From a virus (lineage: Duplodnaviria > Caudoviricetes), in IMG/VR virus record IMGVR_UViG_3300032255_000010, positions 1 through 36,152 of that record: a stretch of DNA of 36,152 nucleotides; one strand, given 5' to 3'. The first letter of the stretch is position 1; every line of letters starts with the position of its first letter. Positions 8,137-17,941 of this stretch are shown here, piece by piece. The notes beneath the pieces were generated by a model. It ran no database searches. It had not been told where the DNA came from and was given only the letters and a program-made list of their open reading frames with translations. The translations under genes were made by a program, and so were the position numbers.

Positions 8137-8573
8137 TGGCTGAAATAAATTGGTCTGCGTTTACAGACAGAGGTAATCTACTTAGTACTGTATTCGACAG
8201 TATCGCAGATGCAACACTGTCAGCCGCAACAACAGCGCTTGATAATGCAGCGAACAAAGATACTCACTGCCTAATTGAGCTGAACTTAGGCTCGCTTAAT
8301 CCTGTTGCTCCAGGTTATGTCGAATTATATATGACTAAAGCCCCTGACGGAATCAACTATGAAGAAGCTCCGATTATTGGCGGTACTGATCGGAATACCC
8401 TTATAGCTACAATCCCAGTTCCAGCTGGGACATCAACCAAACGTATAATGACCGGATTAATCTCGTTGCCACCATGCCCTGTTAAATTTTATTTGGGGAA
8501 TCAGCTAAATGTGACGACTGCTGCATCTGGTAATACTATGGATGTTTATACAGCTAATTTGACGAGCGCATAA
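8136..8573 (+). CDS. Hypothetical beta-rich protein, putative virion accessory
   Basis: TAATG overlap; A/T/G-rich composition. Confidence 0.7.
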   Translation: MAEINWSAFTDRGNLLSTVFDSIADATLSAATTALDNAANKDTHCLIELNLGSLNPVAPGYVELYMTKAPDGINYEEAPIIGGTDRNTLIATIPVPAGTSTKRIMTGLISLPPCPVKFYLGNQLNVTTAASGNTMDVYTANLTSA

Positions 8574-8574
8574 G

Positions 8575-9828
8575 ATGGGTGCTGCGCATCCTGCTTTTGA
8601 TAGGTTATTTTTAGCCCCGGAGCTGTTACGGCCGGGGGTTAAGCCTATCAGTCCTGTCGAGATTGATAGAAGCAATAAGCTAGGCAGTACTATCAGTTAC
8701 TATTTACCATTAAATGGAAGTGGTCTTGAGATTGTAACTGGGAGACGTCTGACCGTTGGCGCTGGAGGCTCCTATGTTACAGATAGCAATGGTCTATCTT
8801 TACGTGGGTCAGGTACTGCGGCCTGCGCATCTATTCCGCTCGATCTTTCTTCCTACACTAGTTGTACGGTCTCATTCTGGATGTACTGGGACGCATACGC
8901 TAATAATGATGATCTAGCGTTGGAGTATGGCGAAAATTTTTTAACTAATTCAGGTTTTTTAATAGACCCAAATTCAGGTTATCCATCTAGCGGTTTTTTT
9001 CAGGCAGGTGTTGGCAGCCCGGGAAAGGCAAATAATCAATACTGGACAAGACCAACATCTGGCGAATGGCATCATTATGCGCTCACATTCGATAGAGCTG
9101 TTGGGACATCTCAATCAACTAATCTATACGTTGATGGTGTTTTTAAAACAAAATCTGGGGTAGCTGGATATCAATCTGATGTAACAAATAATTTCGGCAA
9201 TAATTATCTGTATATATTCTCACGCAATAATACGTCATTGTTTGGCGCTGGAAAAATGTTTGGGCTGACAATACGTGGCCAGCACATAATGACAGCCGAT
9301 GAGGTATTTTATGAATTTATCGACCCATACCAGATATTAAAACCTGCCGGTACGATAGCATTGCCGATTGCTGCGGGTGGCGGCTCATCCGCGCTAACCG
9401 GTACAGTCACCGCCTCAATCACTGAATCAGATATTGTCACTGGCGGTAAGACTATAATTTTAACATTGACAGGGGATACATGGGTGGCTGCTGGAGCGAC
9501 TTTCGATGCTCAAAGACAGAATATCATTGACGGATTGGATTCAGCACAGGCAGAAGCGACAGGATGGGATGCAGTTGTTAAAGCAGGGCTTACCCCATCA
9601 GATGTAGTCAGGACATCAGATACTGTCTGTACAATCACACTACCTGCGTTAGCCACGTATGACATAACAGCTCAAGAGACGATAACGGCTACAATACCAG
9701 CAGCGGTATTAACTGGTGCTAGTCCGATTGTTGCAGCACCTACGTTTACGGTTGATTATACAGCAGGTGGTTTTATGCCACATTGGGGCAGAGTCTCACA
9801 GCAAAGCAGAATTTTAGGAGCAATGTAG
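8575..9828 (+). CDS. LamG/concanavalin A-like domain protein, putative virion fibre or decoration
   Basis: TVSFWMY...GEWHHYALTFD...LYVDG signature; Thr/Ala-rich C-terminal domain. Confidence 0.75.
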   Translation: MGAAHPAFDRLFLAPELLRPGVKPISPVEIDRSNKLGSTISYYLPLNGSGLEIVTGRRLTVGAGGSYVTDSNGLSLRGSGTAACASIPLDLSSYTSCTVSFWMYWDAYANNDDLALEYGENFLTNSGFLIDPNSGYPSSGFFQAGVGSPGKANNQYWTRPTSGEWHHYALTFDRAVGTSQSTNLYVDGVFKTKSGVAGYQSDVTNNFGNNYLYIFSRNNTSLFGAGKMFGLTIRGQHIMTADEVFYEFIDPYQILKPAGTIALPIAAGGGSSALTGTVTASITESDIVTGGKTIILTLTGDTWVAAGATFDAQRQNIIDGLDSAQAEATGWDAVVKAGLTPSDVVRTSDTVCTITLPALATYDITAQETITATIPAAVLTGASPIVAAPTFTVDYTAGGFMPHWGRVSQQSRILGAM

Positions 9829-10998
9829 ATGTATCCACGTAATGCAGTATCACCAGAGAGGCTGGCAATAGGCCAGGTAGTGCTTATTGCTGACGGGACA
9901 GTTCAGACGACTGGCGTATCTATCGTAGTCCGAGGACAAGGAGGTGCAGAGGCAGCCGGGGGCGGAACAACAGCCTACGGGGCTGATGGCACTGTTTATT
10001 ACACTCCAACTCAGGCAGAGACAAACTATACATCTTTCGTGGTTATCGCATATAAAGCTTCATGCTTTTCTGCCTCGCAAACGGTTATTACTACAGCATC
10101 TGCTACACCGGGCAGAGTTGTACTGTCTAGTCAGACTCACACCGGGGCGGTAATTCCAACTGTTTCAACTGTGACAGACGGAGCGAAATCAGCTACAGCA
10201 CTAAGCACAGCAACATGGACAGCAGCAAAAGCCGCTTTCATAGATGCAGCAATCAGTGGCCGATTAGCAACTTCTGGCTATACGGCACCTGACAATGCTG
10301 GTATTGCAACACTGTTAACTCGCATTGTGGGTACACTGGCAGCAGGTACTCACAATCCTGCAACAGCGGCCCAGATAGCTGTATTGAGCGACTGGATTAA
10401 TGGCGGGAGATTGGATCTGATATTGGACATTATTGCAGCAGATACAACAACAGACATTCCTGCTCAGATATCAGCGCTTAATAATGTGGCAGCTACTGAC
10501 ATTGTGTCTGCCGGGCCAATTACTACTCTTTCTGGCGCGGTAGTTAACGTAGACACGGTGGATGTAACGACTACAAATACTGATATGCGCGGCACCGACA
10601 ATGCAGCAACAGCCGTGGAGCTTGCAAAAGTTCCAAAATCAGACGGGACTTCTACTTGGAATTCAACTGCTTTAGCATCAATTAACGCCGAGGTAGATAC
10701 CGCACTTGCAGAATCAACAGCGGTCGGAATTAAGAAAAACACCGCATTTTCAAATTTTGAATTCCTGATGGTGGATGCAACAGACCATGTAACACCTGAA
10801 GTGGGCCTAACAGTAACCGGGCAGAGGAGCATAGACGGCGGAGCTTTCGCAACGATATCCGGTACGATAGCAGAGGTATCTAACGGGATTTACCAAGTCG
10901 ATCTATTGGCTGCCGATACAAATGGAGATGTAATAACGTATAGATTCTCCTCCGCTGGCGCTGCAGACCGATTTGTGACTGTTAAGACAAGGGCATGA
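9829..10998 (+). CDS. Ala/Thr-rich putative structural (fibre-like) protein
   Basis: Composition; N- and C-terminal beta domains with G.Y...T.A.TN-like motifs. Confidence 0.6.
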   Translation: MYPRNAVSPERLAIGQVVLIADGTVQTTGVSIVVRGQGGAEAAGGGTTAYGADGTVYYTPTQAETNYTSFVVIAYKASCFSASQTVITTASATPGRVVLSSQTHTGAVIPTVSTVTDGAKSATALSTATWTAAKAAFIDAAISGRLATSGYTAPDNAGIATLLTRIVGTLAAGTHNPATAAQIAVLSDWINGGRLDLILDIIAADTTTDIPAQISALNNVAATDIVSAGPITTLSGAVVNVDTVDVTTTNTDMRGTDNAATAVELAKVPKSDGTSTWNSTALASINAEVDTALAESTAVGIKKNTAFSNFEFLMVDATDHVTPEVGLTVTGQRSIDGGAFATISGTIAEVSNGIYQVDLLAADTNGDVITYRFSSAGAADRFVTVKTRA

Positions 10999-11771
10999 TT
11001 CAGCACTGGATAAAGTACTCAGATCACCAGTACTTCGGTGACTGGGGTGCTTTAAACACTTTTACTGCGTCGGTAGATACAACCGCGCCGGTATTAACAA
11101 ACCCCACAGGGACGACAACAGGTTCTACCACTGCAAGTGGTTCTGTCGATACAGACGAAGGCAATGGAACGCTTTACTACCTGGCAACAACCAATGCCAG
11201 CGAACTATCTGCAACGATTAAATCTGGCGAATCTCAGGCAGTAACAGCAACTGGACCGCAGAATGTCACAATATCGGGGCTAATACCCGAGACTACATAT
11301 TATTTTCATTACGTTCACGATGATAATTCGTCAAACGAGTCAAATATCGTTTCAAGTAGTTCGTTTATAACGGATTTTACTCCGGTTAGTGATGAACAAC
11401 CTACTGGCGGCTGGTGGTTTTCATACGAGAAAGAAATAGAAAGACAACGTGAAAATCGTAGAAAACGCAATGAGTTAGAAGATAAAGCTAAAGAAATACA
11501 GGAAGAAATTGACCGAGAGCTAGTAAAAGAACTCCAGGCAAAGGAAATTGAAAGGGAACGAATAGAGGACCTCACCCGGTTAAAAAACCTTGCCAAGCAA
11601 CATAGACAGGAATTACGCTCAGTACTAAGTGATCGAGTACTAAAAGCTGCCGAATCGGCTATAATGGTAGGAAACTACTCATCAATGGAGCGATTCGAAA
11701 GAGAATTGTCCAGGGCAAGAGAAGAAGAGATGTTTTTGCTGCAGGCGACTATTATAATTTTAAATGTTTAA
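10995..11771 (+). CDS. Ig/FN3-like domain plus coiled-coil protein
   Basis: DTTAPVL...ISGLIPETTYYFHYV...SN FN3-like pattern; E/R-rich C-terminus. Confidence 0.65.
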   Translation: MIQHWIKYSDHQYFGDWGALNTFTASVDTTAPVLTNPTGTTTGSTTASGSVDTDEGNGTLYYLATTNASELSATIKSGESQAVTATGPQNVTISGLIPETTYYFHYVHDDNSSNESNIVSSSSFITDFTPVSDEQPTGGWWFSYEKEIERQRENRRKRNELEDKAKEIQEEIDRELVKELQAKEIERERIEDLTRLKNLAKQHRQELRSVLSDRVLKAAESAIMVGNYSSMERFERELSRAREEEMFLLQATIIILNV

Positions 11772-11780
11772 GGAGTTCAT

Positions 11781-11822
11781 ATGGGCTGCAAGAAGAAAAA
11801 AGGCGGCGGTAAGCGCAAATGA
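11781..11822 (+). CDS. 13-aa basic micropeptide MGCKKKKGGGKRK
   Basis: AAGGAG RBS; stop overlaps the next ATG (ATGA). Confidence 0.55.
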   Translation: MGCKKKKGGGKRK

Positions 11823-12151
11823 TAGACGTATATCTGCAGATTCAAAGACCAACCGTGCCAGAAGCGTCAAGTTTCGATTTGACCGCTTATTTCCGAACCG
11901 CAAATGTAGGAACAGTGCCAACAACAGCTAGATATCGAATAGACAGTATATCTACAGGAAACAATGTAAGAGCCTGGACGGACTTAACCCCAGCAGAGAG
12001 TATTACTATCCCAATCACACCAGATGACACAGCTATGTCAACATTAGACCGCCAGGAACGCAAACAAATCACTGTAGAGATAAACCAAGGGCTGGATACT
12101 CAGGTAAGGCGCAGTATAGACTTTAAGGTTGATAATATAAGGGCTTTCTAA
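11819..12151 (+). CDS. Hypothetical beta-rich protein
   Basis: 110-aa ORF in operon. Confidence 0.65.
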   Translation: MIDVYLQIQRPTVPEASSFDLTAYFRTANVGTVPTTARYRIDSISTGNNVRAWTDLTPAESITIPITPDDTAMSTLDRQERKQITVEINQGLDTQVRRSIDFKVDNIRAF

Positions 12152-12152
12152 T

Positions 12153-12350
12153 ATGTGCGATAAACATCAAAAAATGATGAGATTAGTATTATCAGGTCAG
12201 GGAAATAAAATACTGGGACACGCAGATGATTCAATGGTTTATATGTCTATATTCGATCAATCAATCATCAAAACAAGCACAAAAAATGGATCATCAGTAA
12301 CAGAATCAATACCTTATACACACTTGTTAATATCTAACATTATCAAATAG
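12153..12350 (+). CDS. Hypothetical protein
   Basis: 65-aa ORF in operon. Confidence 0.5.
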   Translation: MCDKHQKMMRLVLSGQGNKILGHADDSMVYMSIFDQSIIKTSTKNGSSVTESIPYTHLLISNIIK

Positions 12351-12365
12351 ATGGAATTGCATACA

Positions 12366-12638
12366 ATGGCTGGAGCACCAAAAGGAAATACAAACGGGAA
12401 AAAAGAGAATCGGCTAATAACTGACGCGCTAAGACGCGCGGTTGTACAGAGTCCTGAAAAGCTAAGAGCAGCATGTTACAAATTGATTGAGAAGGCCGAG
12501 GAAGGCGACATCGCTGCATTCAATGTGATAGCTGACAGGCTTGACGGGAAGCCAGCCCAGTCTCTAACGGTAGCTGGCGATGATGACCAGCCATTAGTTA
12601 CACGAATTGAGCGCGTAATTGTCAACTCTAAAGATTAA
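12366..12638 (+). CDS. terS: Terminase small subunit (putative)
   Basis: MAGAPKGNTN start, DRLDGKPAQ motif, overlaps terL. Confidence 0.75.
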   Translation: MAGAPKGNTNGKKENRLITDALRRAVVQSPEKLRAACYKLIEKAEEGDIAAFNVIADRLDGKPAQSLTVAGDDDQPLVTRIERVIVNSKD

Positions 12639-13941
12639 TACGTTTGAGGTATTCGCTCCTCTGCTAGAACCTGCAAGATACAAAGGCGCTTGGGGTGGTC
12701 GAGGTTCAGGAAAATCACACTTCTTTGCCGAGCTTTTAATAGAAGATGCTTTGATGGCCCCGTCAACGATGAATGAAGGGCTTTTGTGTGTTTGTTTGCG
12801 TGAGGTACAGAAAACACTAGCGCAATCAGCTAAACGCTTAATAGAGATGAAGCTGATATCATTTGGGCTTGGCGAACGAGATGGTTTCACAGTGTACAAG
12901 GATGTTATAAAGACGCCAGGCGATGGGTTGATAGTATTCCAAGGCTTGCAGGATCACACGGCAGACTCAATCAAGTCTCTTGAAGGTTTTCACAGAGCGT
13001 GGGCAGAGGAATCTCAATCGTTATCGGCTAGATCATTAGCGCTTCTCAGGCCAACAATACGTTGGGAAAATTATAGACTAGGGCTTAAATCAGAGCTTTG
13101 GTTTAGCTGGAATCCAAGACGCAGAACCGATCCGGTAGATGTGATGCTTAGGGGTAATGACTTGCCAACTGACTCAACTGTTATTAGAGCAAATTGGTCT
13201 GACAACCCTAGATTTACATCAGTACTTGAACAAGAGAGACTTGACTGTCTAAGGACAACGCCAGAACAGTACGATCATATTTGGGAGGGCGGATACGCAA
13301 CTGTGTTAGAAGGTGCTTATTACGCAAAATCAATACAAGAGGCAAGGTCTGAAAATAGAATAGGAATTGTTCACGCTGACCCATTAATGACCATTAGACT
13401 GTTTATTGATATTGGTGGCACTGGAGCCAAAGCCGATGCATTCACTATCTGGGCTTGTCAGTTTGTTGGTAGAGAGATCAGAGTTTTGAATTACTACGAG
13501 GCGGTAGGTCAGCCACTTGGTACGCATGTTGCGTGGATGCGGTCAAATAATTACACGCCAGAAAAAGCTCAGATATGGCTGCCACATGATGGAAGCTCAA
13601 ACGATAAGGTTTATGACGTAAGTTATGAATCGGCGCTAAAACAGGCCGGCTACTATGTTACGGTAGTGCCAAACCAGGGTAAAGGCGCTGCGAAGGCAAG
13701 AATTGAATCTGCAAGGCGGACATTCCCGGCGACGTGGTTTAATGAGCCAACAACAGAGCATGGATTATCTGCATTGGGCTGGTATCACGAAAAGAAAGAC
13801 GAAGCACGTAACATAGGTCTTGGCCCGGAGCATGACTGGGCTTCGCATGGGGCAGATGCTTATGGCTTAATGAGTGTGGTTTATGATGAGTTTATTAACC
13901 AATATAAACCTATTGAAGACCCTTACGCAGGTTTTAGATGA
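12619..13941 (+). CDS. terL: Terminase large subunit
   Basis: Walker A GGRGSGKS, Walker B AWAEE, SWNP coupling motif, nuclease DIG and HGADA. Confidence 0.95.
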   Translation: MSTLKINTFEVFAPLLEPARYKGAWGGRGSGKSHFFAELLIEDALMAPSTMNEGLLCVCLREVQKTLAQSAKRLIEMKLISFGLGERDGFTVYKDVIKTPGDGLIVFQGLQDHTADSIKSLEGFHRAWAEESQSLSARSLALLRPTIRWENYRLGLKSELWFSWNPRRRTDPVDVMLRGNDLPTDSTVIRANWSDNPRFTSVLEQERLDCLRTTPEQYDHIWEGGYATVLEGAYYAKSIQEARSENRIGIVHADPLMTIRLFIDIGGTGAKADAFTIWACQFVGREIRVLNYYEAVGQPLGTHVAWMRSNNYTPEKAQIWLPHDGSSNDKVYDVSYESALKQAGYYVTVVPNQGKGAAKARIESARRTFPATWFNEPTTEHGLSALGWYHEKKDEARNIGLGPEHDWASHGADAYGLMSVVYDEFINQYKPIEDPYAGFR

Positions 13942-14678
13942 TGGCTGAAAATGTATTAGCGAAAAAATCTAATTCTTCCAACGCTTTATCTGATGGTTAC
14001 AGACCAGAAAGGCTAAACCGTGAGATGAGCTACGCCTATACAAGGCCAGAGCCAGACAGGTCTTTTGATATTGCGGTTGAGAAGGTTAAAAAGTACGCAA
14101 AAAACCTCAAGGAAGGCAATATACACAGGCAATATGCTGCTGATCTGCTTAAAACAGCGCTGAGTCTGAAGCAAGGCAAGAATGCGCCAGGAATGCCATT
14201 GCAATTACAAATGACCCCAGGTTTTGGAGATGCTTACGACGCGTCTGAGGCAATTAAATATCTTGGCAAAAGTGAGTACGGGAAAGCGGCGCTGTCTGGC
14301 ATTGGTATTTTGCCGTTTATACCTGGGATGGCAGGAATAATAGCGGGGAAAGGCGCTAAAGTTGATAATATCGAATATCATTGGTCAACTGAACCGAATC
14401 TAATCCCTGGAAAGACTTTTGCAGAACAACAACGAACTGTCAGCTCAGTAGGAGAGCGTGGCCTTGGCCCTTCAGGTGAGGGTGATTTTATCTATTCAAC
14501 AAAAGATCCAGAATCATGGATGGATCAGTTCGAAATGGAACTCGGTCAGGATGCTCCGGAGGCAATTCCTCAATATCTGTATAAGGTCGAGGTTAATAAT
14601 ACATCGCCAGACGGCTATCTCGGACAGGCATCAAATGTACCTGCTGACGTTAAAGTATTGAAAAGGGTAAATAGATAA
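13938..14678 (+). CDS. Putative polymorphic-toxin-like protein with possible ADP-ribosyltransferase-fold C-terminus
   Basis: PGFGDAYDA...AALSGIGILPFIPG pre-toxin-like segment, then YHWS...FIYST...YLYKVEV. Confidence 0.45.
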   Translation: MMAENVLAKKSNSSNALSDGYRPERLNREMSYAYTRPEPDRSFDIAVEKVKKYAKNLKEGNIHRQYAADLLKTALSLKQGKNAPGMPLQLQMTPGFGDAYDASEAIKYLGKSEYGKAALSGIGILPFIPGMAGIIAGKGAKVDNIEYHWSTEPNLIPGKTFAEQQRTVSSVGERGLGPSGEGDFIYSTKDPESWMDQFEMELGQDAPEAIPQYLYKVEVNNTSPDGYLGQASNVPADVKVLKRVNR

Positions 14679-14743
14679 TGGAAATATTCAGAAATATAGC
14701 CTAAAATACTGATTAAGCTAAAACACTCGCCGGAAAATGAGGT

Positions 14744-14832
14744 GGTCGTAAGCTAGGTCGTAAGTGAGGCCGAAGATACCCAAAGCAATGTCGTGAGACA
14801 TGGCAACGGTTTTATCAACGTCGTGAGGACGT
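14744..14832 (+). promoter_or_regulatory. Structured portal leader with four GTCGTRAG motifs and two hairpins
   Basis: ATGTC-GTGA-GACAT and ACGTC-GTGAG-GACGT; the second overlaps the GAGGA RBS. Confidence 0.5.
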
Positions 14833-14838
14833 AGAAAT

Positions 14839-17118
14839 ATGGCAGAAGCTGAAGGCAGTAAAAATAAAAAGCTGCTTGAAAAGATAAGAAAACGATATAC
14901 GATCATGACTGAAGCCGACGAATACAATCGTCGTTTGGCTATGGACGACATGAAGTTCGTCAACGTCCCCGGATCACAGTGGGACTATAACATGAAAATA
15001 GAGCGTGGAAATCGCCCATGCTATGAATTCAATAAGCTCAGAATCACATGCAAGCGCATAATTAACGAGATGCGTGCCAATCGCCCGTCCGGGAAAGTTC
15101 GTGGCACAGAAGATGGTGACAAGGAAACTGCCGAAATATACGAAGGGCTAATCCGTAATATCTGGAACGTATCTGATGGCGATACTGTTATCGATACCGC
15201 TGCTGAATATCAGGTGACTAGCGGCATGGGTGCATGGAGGATTATTACTGAATATGCGAACGATAATGCGTTTGATCAAGACATTAAGATCGAGCAGATA
15301 CAGAATCCGTTTTGTCTTTACGCAGACCCATCAGCAAAGGACATCTTAAAACGTGACGCATACGACTGGATACTGACTGAAAAGATATCCAATGAATCTT
15401 TTGAACAAAAATATGGCGATGCTGATAAAGTTGACTGGGAGGGCAGTGAGTTTGATGACGATGTTGAGTGGTCAAGCGATGAGGAAACCCGTGTTTGTGA
15501 GTATTGGTGGAAAGAGCCAGTAGAGAAAGAAATTTGGCAGCTACAAGACGGCAAGGTAATAGACTCAGAAGAAGACGAAGCCGCTTTAATACTTGAGCAA
15601 CAGCCCGAGTTAATAAAAAAACGCAGAACAATCAACACGCATAAGATCATGATGTGCATTGCCTCAGGCGATGCAATTCTCGAAGGCCCGACAGAGTGGG
15701 CAGGGACAGAGCATCCATTTATCATCGTTTACGGTGAGCACATCGTTATAGACGGAAGAATAGAATGGTTTGGCGTCCCACGCTTTGCTAAAGACGCCCA
15801 GCGCTCGTATAACGTTTCCCGGACGGCAATAGCTGAATCCATAGCATCAGCGCCACTAGCGACAACATGGGCTACTGCAGTACAGGCAGCAGGCAATACT
15901 GAGAAATGGGCAGAGGCTCACCAGAAGAACTTTCCGTTCAAATTATACAACCCTGATCCACAGGCGCCAGGCCCGCCACAGAGGACAGGTGGAGCGGATG
16001 TTCCTGTCGCACTAATACAAGAGTCACAACTTGCTTCTGAAGAGATAAAGGCCGTAACGGGAATATTTGCTGCTGATGTTGGTGCGCCGAACCAGGCAAC
16101 GAGCGGTAGACAGGAAATTGCTCGCCAACAGCAAGGCCAGATAGCAACATTTAACTATCAGGACAACCTATCTAAAGGCGTTAGACGTACTTGGGAGATA
16201 TTAATAGACCTCATCCCGAACATTTATGACACAGAGCGGTCTTTACGGATACTTGGAACTGATGGTGCAGAGGATTACGTCAACATCAATACGTTTGTCC
16301 AGGATTTGTCAACGGGGGAATCAGTAAAGGTCAATGATCTCTCCGAGGGCACGTTTGACGTAACTATCACCACAGGCCCAGGATTTGCCACCAAACGCCA
16401 GGAAGCAGTTGAAGCATATATGGGCATTACCCAGGGAAATCCCGAGATTATGGCAATTGCAGGTGACTTGATCATGAAATCGATGGATTTGCCTTACGCC
16501 GAAGACATAGCCGAACGTCTAAAAGTCATGTTGCCACCACCTGTGCAGGAAATGCTTAATAAGGACGCCCCTATCCCACCAGAAGCACAGGCGATCATGC
16601 AGCAAGCGCAACAGGCTATGCAGCAAGTTCAGCAAATGGGGCAGGAAGTTCAACAGGCGGCAATGGATGCCGAGAAAGAAAAGAGCGTTAACGAAAAGGA
16701 CAAGGCTGAAATCCGTACTCTAATTGCTAACCTGAAGACTGAGGAAGCACGTTTCGAGGCAAAGATAGCCAAATCACTCGCCGGACTAGCCGAACGTCAA
16801 TCAAATGTAGCCATGGCTGAGAATAAGATGCAGTCAACGGGTGATATGTCTCAAATGGATCATATGCACGGGAAGATGATGGCTGAATCTGCCCAGGTGA
16901 TTGAGTCAATGAGACAAATGTCTGAACAGTTCACCCGATATGCAGTTGGTGTCATTAACGAAATAACAGAAAAAGTTGAAGAAAAGCCAAAAGTTATCCG
17001 CATTGACTCGTATAGAGAGAATGGAAAGCTTGTGGCTGTACCAGTGTACGAAGAACCCGACCATGCGGATCATGGGCGAGGCGTAGAGTCTCATGAGGAG
17101 ATGTTAGAAAATGAGTGA
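14839..17118 (+). CDS. Portal protein, P22 gp1-like
   Basis: 759 aa; GSQW, RPCYEFNKL, KDAQRSYN, GPGFATKRQE motifs; Q-rich helical C-terminal barrel. Confidence 0.92.
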   Translation: MAEAEGSKNKKLLEKIRKRYTIMTEADEYNRRLAMDDMKFVNVPGSQWDYNMKIERGNRPCYEFNKLRITCKRIINEMRANRPSGKVRGTEDGDKETAEIYEGLIRNIWNVSDGDTVIDTAAEYQVTSGMGAWRIITEYANDNAFDQDIKIEQIQNPFCLYADPSAKDILKRDAYDWILTEKISNESFEQKYGDADKVDWEGSEFDDDVEWSSDEETRVCEYWWKEPVEKEIWQLQDGKVIDSEEDEAALILEQQPELIKKRRTINTHKIMMCIASGDAILEGPTEWAGTEHPFIIVYGEHIVIDGRIEWFGVPRFAKDAQRSYNVSRTAIAESIASAPLATTWATAVQAAGNTEKWAEAHQKNFPFKLYNPDPQAPGPPQRTGGADVPVALIQESQLASEEIKAVTGIFAADVGAPNQATSGRQEIARQQQGQIATFNYQDNLSKGVRRTWEILIDLIPNIYDTERSLRILGTDGAEDYVNINTFVQDLSTGESVKVNDLSEGTFDVTITTGPGFATKRQEAVEAYMGITQGNPEIMAIAGDLIMKSMDLPYAEDIAERLKVMLPPPVQEMLNKDAPIPPEAQAIMQQAQQAMQQVQQMGQEVQQAAMDAEKEKSVNEKDKAEIRTLIANLKTEEARFEAKIAKSLAGLAERQSNVAMAENKMQSTGDMSQMDHMHGKMMAESAQVIESMRQMSEQFTRYAVGVINEITEKVEEKPKVIRIDSYRENGKLVAVPVYEEPDHADHGRGVESHEEMLENE

Positions 17119-17938
17119 AGAAGCAATTCTTGAGGAAGTAACTGATGCACCTGAACCAATCGAAACTACAGAAGCGGATGCGAACGTAGAAGTAGAGGAC
17201 GAACAGAAGGCCGAGCAGGCGTCGGAATCATCAACCGACACAACGGAAGATGCTCAGAAGAAAGATGACGAGCAGAGAAAATTTGACAAGCTAACCAAAA
17301 AGCGCAGAGCAGCAGAACGCGACCGTGACTACTGGCGAGAGCAGGCATTAAAGAGCCAATATCTCAAGCAAGTAGAAAATGTCGAACCGGAACCAGTCAA
17401 AACACTTGAGGATTTTGGCTACGACGAAACCAAATACCAGCAACATCTATTTGATCAGGCACGTAAGGGCGCTATCGAAGAAGCAAAGCGTGTTTTGAAA
17501 GAAGAAATGAAGCAGGAATCTGTTTCAAAGCGTATGTCTGAATTCAACAAGCGTATGGAAAAATACTCTGAGACCGTTGATGATTTTGATGATGTTGTCA
17601 GAAATGAATCATTAAGCATTAGTCAAACAATGGCAGATGTTGCATCTGGCATGGAGAATGGCCCGGAGGTTCTGTATTACCTGGGGAATAATCCCGATCT
17701 TGCCTATGAAATTTCACAGCTACCACCATCAATGACAGGACGTGAAATGGGTCGTATCGAGGCAACCCTGGCAGCAAAAGCAAAGAGCGGAGAAAAGGTT
17801 AGCAAAGCACCTACCCCACCGCCTAAAATCGCCGGTGCAGACGGCAAAGTCAACATTAACCCGTCAACGGTTGATAGCGACAAAATGTCTACCGATGAAT
17901 GGATGAAGCGGAGGAATAAGCAAGTAATGAGGAAATAA
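17111..17938 (+). CDS. Scaffolding protein
   Basis: Acidic N-terminus, GPEVLYYLGNNP, KAPTPPP, MSTDEWMKRRN tail; between portal and coat. Confidence 0.85.
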   Translation: MSEEAILEEVTDAPEPIETTEADANVEVEDEQKAEQASESSTDTTEDAQKKDDEQRKFDKLTKKRRAAERDRDYWREQALKSQYLKQVENVEPEPVKTLEDFGYDETKYQQHLFDQARKGAIEEAKRVLKEEMKQESVSKRMSEFNKRMEKYSETVDDFDDVVRNESLSISQTMADVASGMENGPEVLYYLGNNPDLAYEISQLPPSMTGREMGRIEATLAAKAKSGEKVSKAPTPPPKIAGADGKVNINPSTVDSDKMSTDEWMKRRNKQVMRK

Positions 17939-17941
17939 ACA

